From Candidatus Fervidifonticultor tertius (GTDB taxonomy: Bacteria > Sysuimicrobiota > Sysuimicrobiia > Sysuimicrobiales > Humicultoraceae): a stretch of 64,000 nucleotides of DNA. How positions within the stretch are numbered: the first letter of the stretch is position 1; the number at the start of each line of letters is the position of its first letter. The notes below the pieces were generated by a model. It had not been told where the DNA came from and searched no databases. It saw nothing but the letters and a program-made list of their open reading frames with translations. This document shows positions 60,202-64,000 of this stretch, in pieces. Made by a program: the position numbers and the translations under genes. The stretch lies in assembly GCA_031459235.1 (NCBI GenBank), contig JAVKIY010000007.1, forward strand, positions 200-64,199, written 5' to 3'.

Positions 60202-61147
60202 CCAGCAACCCGCGCGGCCGGAACATCAGGATCAGGATGAGCACGCTGAACGCGAAGATGTCCTTGTACTCGGCGCCGAACGCCCCGCCGGTCAACAGCG
60301 ACATGTAGGAAGCCGCGAGCGTCTCGAGCATGCCCAGCACCAGCCCGCCCACCATGGCGCCCGGGACGTTGCCGATGCCGCCCAGTACCGCGGCGGTGAA
60401 CGCCTTGATGCCGGGGATGAAGCCCGTGTAGGGGTTGATGGTGCCGAACTGCACCCCGAACAGCGCCCCCGCCGCCCCGCCCATCGCCCCGCCGATCAGA
60501 AAGGTCAGCGAGATCATGCGCCCCACGTTGATGCCCATCAACCCCGCGGCCGCCTGGTCCTCGGCCACGGCGCGGATCGCCGTCCCGAGCCTGGTCCGGT
60601 TGACGAAGAGCGTGAGCACGACCAACATGAGCAGCGACGCGACGACGACCAGGATGGACTTGATCGGCACGTCGATGTCGCCCGCGATCGCGATGCGGAG
60701 GTCGAAGAACTCGACGACCGGGTAGGTCAGGTAGAAGGCGTTCCGCCACAGGCTCTCGACCAGCCGGATCGCATCCTGCAAGAAGAACGACACCCCAATG
60801 GCCGAGATGAGCGGGATCAGCCGTGGCGCCCCGCGCAGCGGCCGGTAGGCAATGCGCTCGACTGCGACCGCGAGTACCGCGCTCACCAGCATGGCCACGA
60901 GCACGATGACCGCGAGCAGCGCCAGCGGATGCAGGGCACCCAGTGTCCCACCGGCTTGCATGATGAGCAAGATCTCCGCCCCGACGAACGCCCCGGTTAC
61001 GAAGATCTCGCTGTGGGCGAAGTTGATCATCTGGAGCACGCCGTAGACCATCGTGTAGCCGAGCGCGATCATGGCGTACACGAAGCCCAGCACCAGGCCG
61101 TCGACGACGACCGAGGGGAAGATGGCGATGAGCACGTCCCACTCCAC
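60176..61147 (-). CDS. LivH-like ABC permease
   Basis: LGFVYAMIALGYTMVYGVLQMINFAHSE. Confidence 0.9.
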   Translation of the reverse strand: MEWDVLIAIFPSVVVDGLVLGFVYAMIALGYTMVYGVLQMINFAHSEIFVTGAFVGAEILLIMQAGGTLGALHPLALLAVIVLVAMLVSAVLAVAVERIAYRPLRGAPRLIPLISAIGVSFFLQDAIRLVESLWRNAFYLTYPVVEFFDLRIAIAGDIDVPIKSILVVVASLLMLVVLTLFVNRTRLGTAIRAVAEDQAAAGLMGINVGRMISLTFLIGGAMGGAAGALFGVQFGTINPYTGFIPGIKAFTAAVLGGIGNVPGAMVGGLVLGMLETLAASYMSLLTGGAFGAEYKDIFAFSVLILILMFRPRGLLGEVVREKL

Positions 61148-61201
61148 GGGCGCTCCGGCTCCTCCCCGGGCTAGGCAGTCGGGGGCACGTCCCAGGCGCG
61201 C

Positions 61202-61236
61202 CGAGGGAGGGGCCTCGGGCGACGACCCCTCCCTCG
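61202..61236 (-). repeat. Perfect 11-bp CGAGGGAGGGG hairpin immediately after the SBP gene
   Basis: CGAGGGAGGGG cctcgggcgacga CCCCTCCCTCG in the 111-nt livK-livH spacer. Same GGGAGGG-type arm as the hairpin at 17540-17570. Confidence 0.5.
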
Positions 61237-61258
61237 CGATACCACGACCGTGGCGAGC

Positions 61259-62470
61259 TTACATCGACCCGCTGGGCGGTTTGATGTCGAGACGCTTCAC
61301 CAGCCGGTTCTGGCCCCACTTGGTGGGGTCGCCGGAGACGATCTGGATCACGAAGTACGTCGCGGGGACCGGGTCGCCCTTCGCGTCGAACGTGAAGGTA
61401 CCGGTCAGGCCCTTGAACGCCCGCGTCTTATGGACCTCGGCCGTGACCTGCTCGCGGGTCGGCCGGCGGCCGCCGTTGGCCGTCACCGCGCGCTGGATCG
61501 CGGCGAGCCCGATCGCCATGGCGTCATACGCCTGCGCGGCGAACGGCTCGGGGTCCTTGCCGTACTTGGCCTTGTAGTCCCGCGCGAACTTCGCCGCGGC
61601 CGGGTAGACCGCGGTCGGGCCGGCGACGGTGCTGTAGGTCATGCCCACGATCGCGCTCCCCGCGATCTTCGCCAGCTCGCTGGAGTCCATGCCGTCGGGT
61701 CCCATGAACCGGGATCGCAGTCCCTTGGCCCGCGCCTGCTTGAAGAAGACGCCGGCCTGGTCGTAGATGCCACCGAAGTAGACCAGCTCGGGGTTCCGCG
61801 CCCGGATGGGGTTGATGATGGGGTCGAAGTTGGCCTTCTCCTCGGTGCCCTCGAAGCCGAGCACCCGCATGCCCACCTTCGGCGCGTGCTGCCGGAAGAA
61901 CTCGGCGACGCCCTGGCCGTAGGCGGTCTTGTCATGAAGAATGTAGACCGTCTTCACCTTCAGCTCGGTGGCCGCATACTCGGCGCCCACCACGCCCTGG
62001 ACGTCGTCGCGGCCGACGATGCGGAAGACGTTCCTGAGCTTGCGGTCGGTAATGAGGGGGTTGGTGTTCGCCGGGGAGATCATCGCCAGCATGCTGTCCT
62101 TGTAGACCTCCGACGACGGGATGGCCACGCCGGAGTTCAGGTGCCCCACCACGAGCAGGATCGCGGGGTCGGTCACCAGGTTCCGCGCATTCGCTACGCC
62201 CACGTCCGGCTTCGCCTGGTCGTCGAACGGGACGAGCTCCAGCCGGAACCCCATCCGGGTCAGCGGGCCGCCCAGCTGCTCGAGCGCGAGCTGCGCGCCG
62301 TTCTTGATGCCCTCACCGAGGGCCGCCTGCCCGCCCGAGAGCGGGCTCTGCGTGGCGATCTTGATGGTCCCCAGCTGCTGCGCCTGGACGGGCAGTGCCG
62401 GCAGGGACAACGCCGCGATCGCCAGGGCGGCGAGCACGGCCGCGAGGACGCGTGATCCCTTCATAGACAC
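61259..62470 (-). CDS. Liv-type ABC substrate-binding protein
   Basis: Signal peptide ...AALSLPALPVQAQQ, then IKIATQSPLSGGQAALG. AGGGAGAGG lies upstream. Confidence 0.88.
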   Translation of the reverse strand: MSMKGSRVLAAVLAALAIAALSLPALPVQAQQLGTIKIATQSPLSGGQAALGEGIKNGAQLALEQLGGPLTRMGFRLELVPFDDQAKPDVGVANARNLVTDPAILLVVGHLNSGVAIPSSEVYKDSMLAMISPANTNPLITDRKLRNVFRIVGRDDVQGVVGAEYAATELKVKTVYILHDKTAYGQGVAEFFRQHAPKVGMRVLGFEGTEEKANFDPIINPIRARNPELVYFGGIYDQAGVFFKQARAKGLRSRFMGPDGMDSSELAKIAGSAIVGMTYSTVAGPTAVYPAAAKFARDYKAKYGKDPEPFAAQAYDAMAIGLAAIQRAVTANGGRRPTREQVTAEVHKTRAFKGLTGTFTFDAKGDPVPATYFVIQIVSGDPTKWGQNRLVKRLDIKPPSGSM

Positions 62471-62559
62471 CTCTCCCTTTGGCCGAGAGTGTGGTGGCAG
62501 TTGACGCCGGGAAGCGTTCGCTGGGTGGCGGGAAGTTCCTTCTTTCGCGGCTCCCGCGG

Positions 62560-63345
62560 CTACCGGTCGCCTCCCGATGCCCGCCGACTGCCCAGATAGG
62601 CCTCGATCACCCGGGGATCCCCCTGCACCTCGCGGGGGGTCCCCTCGCTGATCTTGGTCCCGTAGTCGAGCACCGTCACCCGGTCGGAAATGGTCATGAC
62701 CACCCGCATCTGGTGCTCGATCAAGCCGATGGTGATCCCGAGGTCGTCCCGGAGCCGCCGGATGAAGTCCATCATGTCGTGCGTCTCCCGAGGGTTCATC
62801 CCGGCCGTGGGTTCGTCCAGCAAGAGGAAGACCGGCCGGGTCGCCAGGGCGCGGGCGACCTCCAGTCGCCGCTGGTCCCCATAGGGCAGGTTCCGGGCGA
62901 GCACCCCACCCTTCCCGCGCAGCCCGACGAAGGCCAGCAGCCGCTCGGCCTCCCGATGCGCCTGGAGTTCCTCCTGGCGCGTAAACCGGCTGGCGACGAT
63001 CGCGCCGACCCAGGTGGAGCGCAGGTGCACGTGCTGGCCCAGCAAGACGTTCTGCCGCGCGGTCATGTTGGCGAAGAGGCGGATGTTCTGGTAGGTCCGC
63101 GTAATGCCCAAGCGGCAGATCCGGTCAGGCCGCAGGCCCTCGATGGGCTCGCCCCGGAACAGGATCCGACCCTCCTCGGGCTGGTAGAACCCCGTGACGC
63201 AGTTGAACAGCGTTGTCTTGCCGGCGCCGTTCGGCCCGATGACGCTGTGGATCGCGTGCTCGGCTACGACCAGATCCAGGGCGTTCACGGCGACGAGCCC
63301 GCCGAAGCGCTTCGTCAAGCCCTGGACCACCAGCAAGCCGGCCAC
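62560..63345 (-). CDS. LivG-like ABC ATP-binding protein (second cluster)
   Basis: [18 protein letters not shown]...[13 protein letters not shown] at 63345 with GGAGGG 5 nt upstream. Confidence 0.88.
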   Translation of the reverse strand: MAGLLVVQGLTKRFGGLVAVNALDLVVAEHAIHSVIGPNGAGKTTLFNCVTGFYQPEEGRILFRGEPIEGLRPDRICRLGITRTYQNIRLFANMTARQNVLLGQHVHLRSTWVGAIVASRFTRQEELQAHREAERLLAFVGLRGKGGVLARNLPYGDQRRLEVARALATRPVFLLLDEPTAGMNPRETHDMMDFIRRLRDDLGITIGLIEHQMRVVMTISDRVTVLDYGTKISEGTPREVQGDPRVIEAYLGSRRASGGDR

Positions 63346-63347
63346 GG

Positions 63348-64000
63348 CTACCCTCCGGTCGGCTCCCCGGCGGTGGGAGGGGCAGCCGCTGCCTCCAGCG
63401 CCGGCTCGGTGGCCTCCACGTGCTCCCGGAGCTCGCGGCGCTGCTCGGCGGCCGGCCACAGGCCTTCCGGCCGGAGCAGCATCATGACGACGAGCAGCGC
63501 GCCGTAGACCAGAAAGCGGAACTCGCCGAACTCGCGCAGCAGCTCGGGCAGACCGACGAGCGCCAGGGCCCCGACGATCACGCCGGGCAGGCTGCCTAGC
63601 CCGCCCACGATGATCAGCGCTAAGACGTTGATCGAGATGAGGAGCTGGAAGCTGTGGGGGAACACCGACCCCAGCATGACCGCGAAGATCGCGCCGCCCA
63701 CGCCCGCGAAGGCGGCTCCCAGGCCGTACGCCAGGAGCTTGGCGCTCACCAGGTCCACGCCGAGCGCCTCCGCCACGTCCTCGTCCTCCCGGATGGCCAT
63801 CCACACCCTGCCCAGGCGCGAGTCCTGGAGCCGCCAGGCAACGTAGGCGACCAGGGCCGAGAACGCGAGCGTGACGTAGAAGAGATGCTCCGGCCCCACT
63901 AGCTCGACCCCCCCGAACACAGGCTTGGGGATGTCGAGCAGGCCCTGGGACCCGCCCAGCCACGGCCGGAGGAAGTCGGAGAGCACGAGCAGCCGGACGA
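63348..64000 (-). CDS. LivM-like ABC permease, 5' end outside the window
   Basis: The C-terminal LivM-like core (...WMAIREDEDVAEALGV...) continues past the window edge. Confidence 0.8.
   Translation of the reverse strand, partial: VRLLVLSDFLRPWLGGSQGLLDIPKPVFGGVELVGPEHLFYVTLAFSALVAYVAWRLQDSRLGRVWMAIREDEDVAEALGVDLVSAKLLAYGLGAAFAGVGGAIFAVMLGSVFPHSFQLLISINVLALIIVGGLGSLPGVIVGALALVGLPELLREFGEFRFLVYGALLVVMMLLRPEGLWPAAEQRRELREHVEATEPALEAAAAPPTAGEPTGG

Overview
Very GC-rich bacterial chromosomal segment (about 70% by eye, not computed), densely packed with about 65 protein genes. At least 16 gene junctions are 4-nt ATGA/GTGA stop-start overlaps.

Gene content, 5'->3':
- Decayed accessory remnant: a SAM-methyltransferase pseudogene and a vapC-like PIN toxin with an in-frame TAG.
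- Export-only exopolysaccharide module on the minus strand: NusG paralog, YezD-like, Wza-like, Wzi-like OMP, and a Wzc-like tyrosine autokinase.
- ispH-der-mutM-DUF971.
- glpD, and an Fbp-type ABC importer followed by HAD phosphatase and glpQ.
- dagK.
- A roughly 8.5 kb chain of overlapping genes: lysA, M50 protease, scpA, scpB, dacB, methyltransferase, BtuF-like SBP, FepC-like ATPase, cmk, plsC.
- paaK-like ligase next to a Liv-type ABC transporter with an embedded acyl-CoA synthetase.
- A VanZ / glycoside-hydrolase-like pair.
- pdaD-speE-speB polyamine operon.
- M19 dipeptidase.
- ECF sigma, anti-sigma, RseB-like, MazG.
- comEA.
- ilvE-leuS.
- Molybdopterin genes moeA-moaC-mog.
- tdh-kbl.
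- A two-component system.
- Two more Liv-type ABC clusters.

No rRNA, CRISPR array, transposase or integrase was recognised.

Most notable observation: the ilvE-leuS leader is a canonical Leu (CUC) T-box riboswitch driven by a near-consensus promoter. A complete tRNA-Ala(GGC) gene sits inside the leader, at the tip of the Stem III position. That places it between Stem I/II and the antiterminator/terminator.

Synteny is Firmicutes-like, but outer-membrane components are present (Wza, a Wzi-like barrel ending in Phe, an RseB-like protein). This suggests a high-GC diderm lineage, which is inference only.
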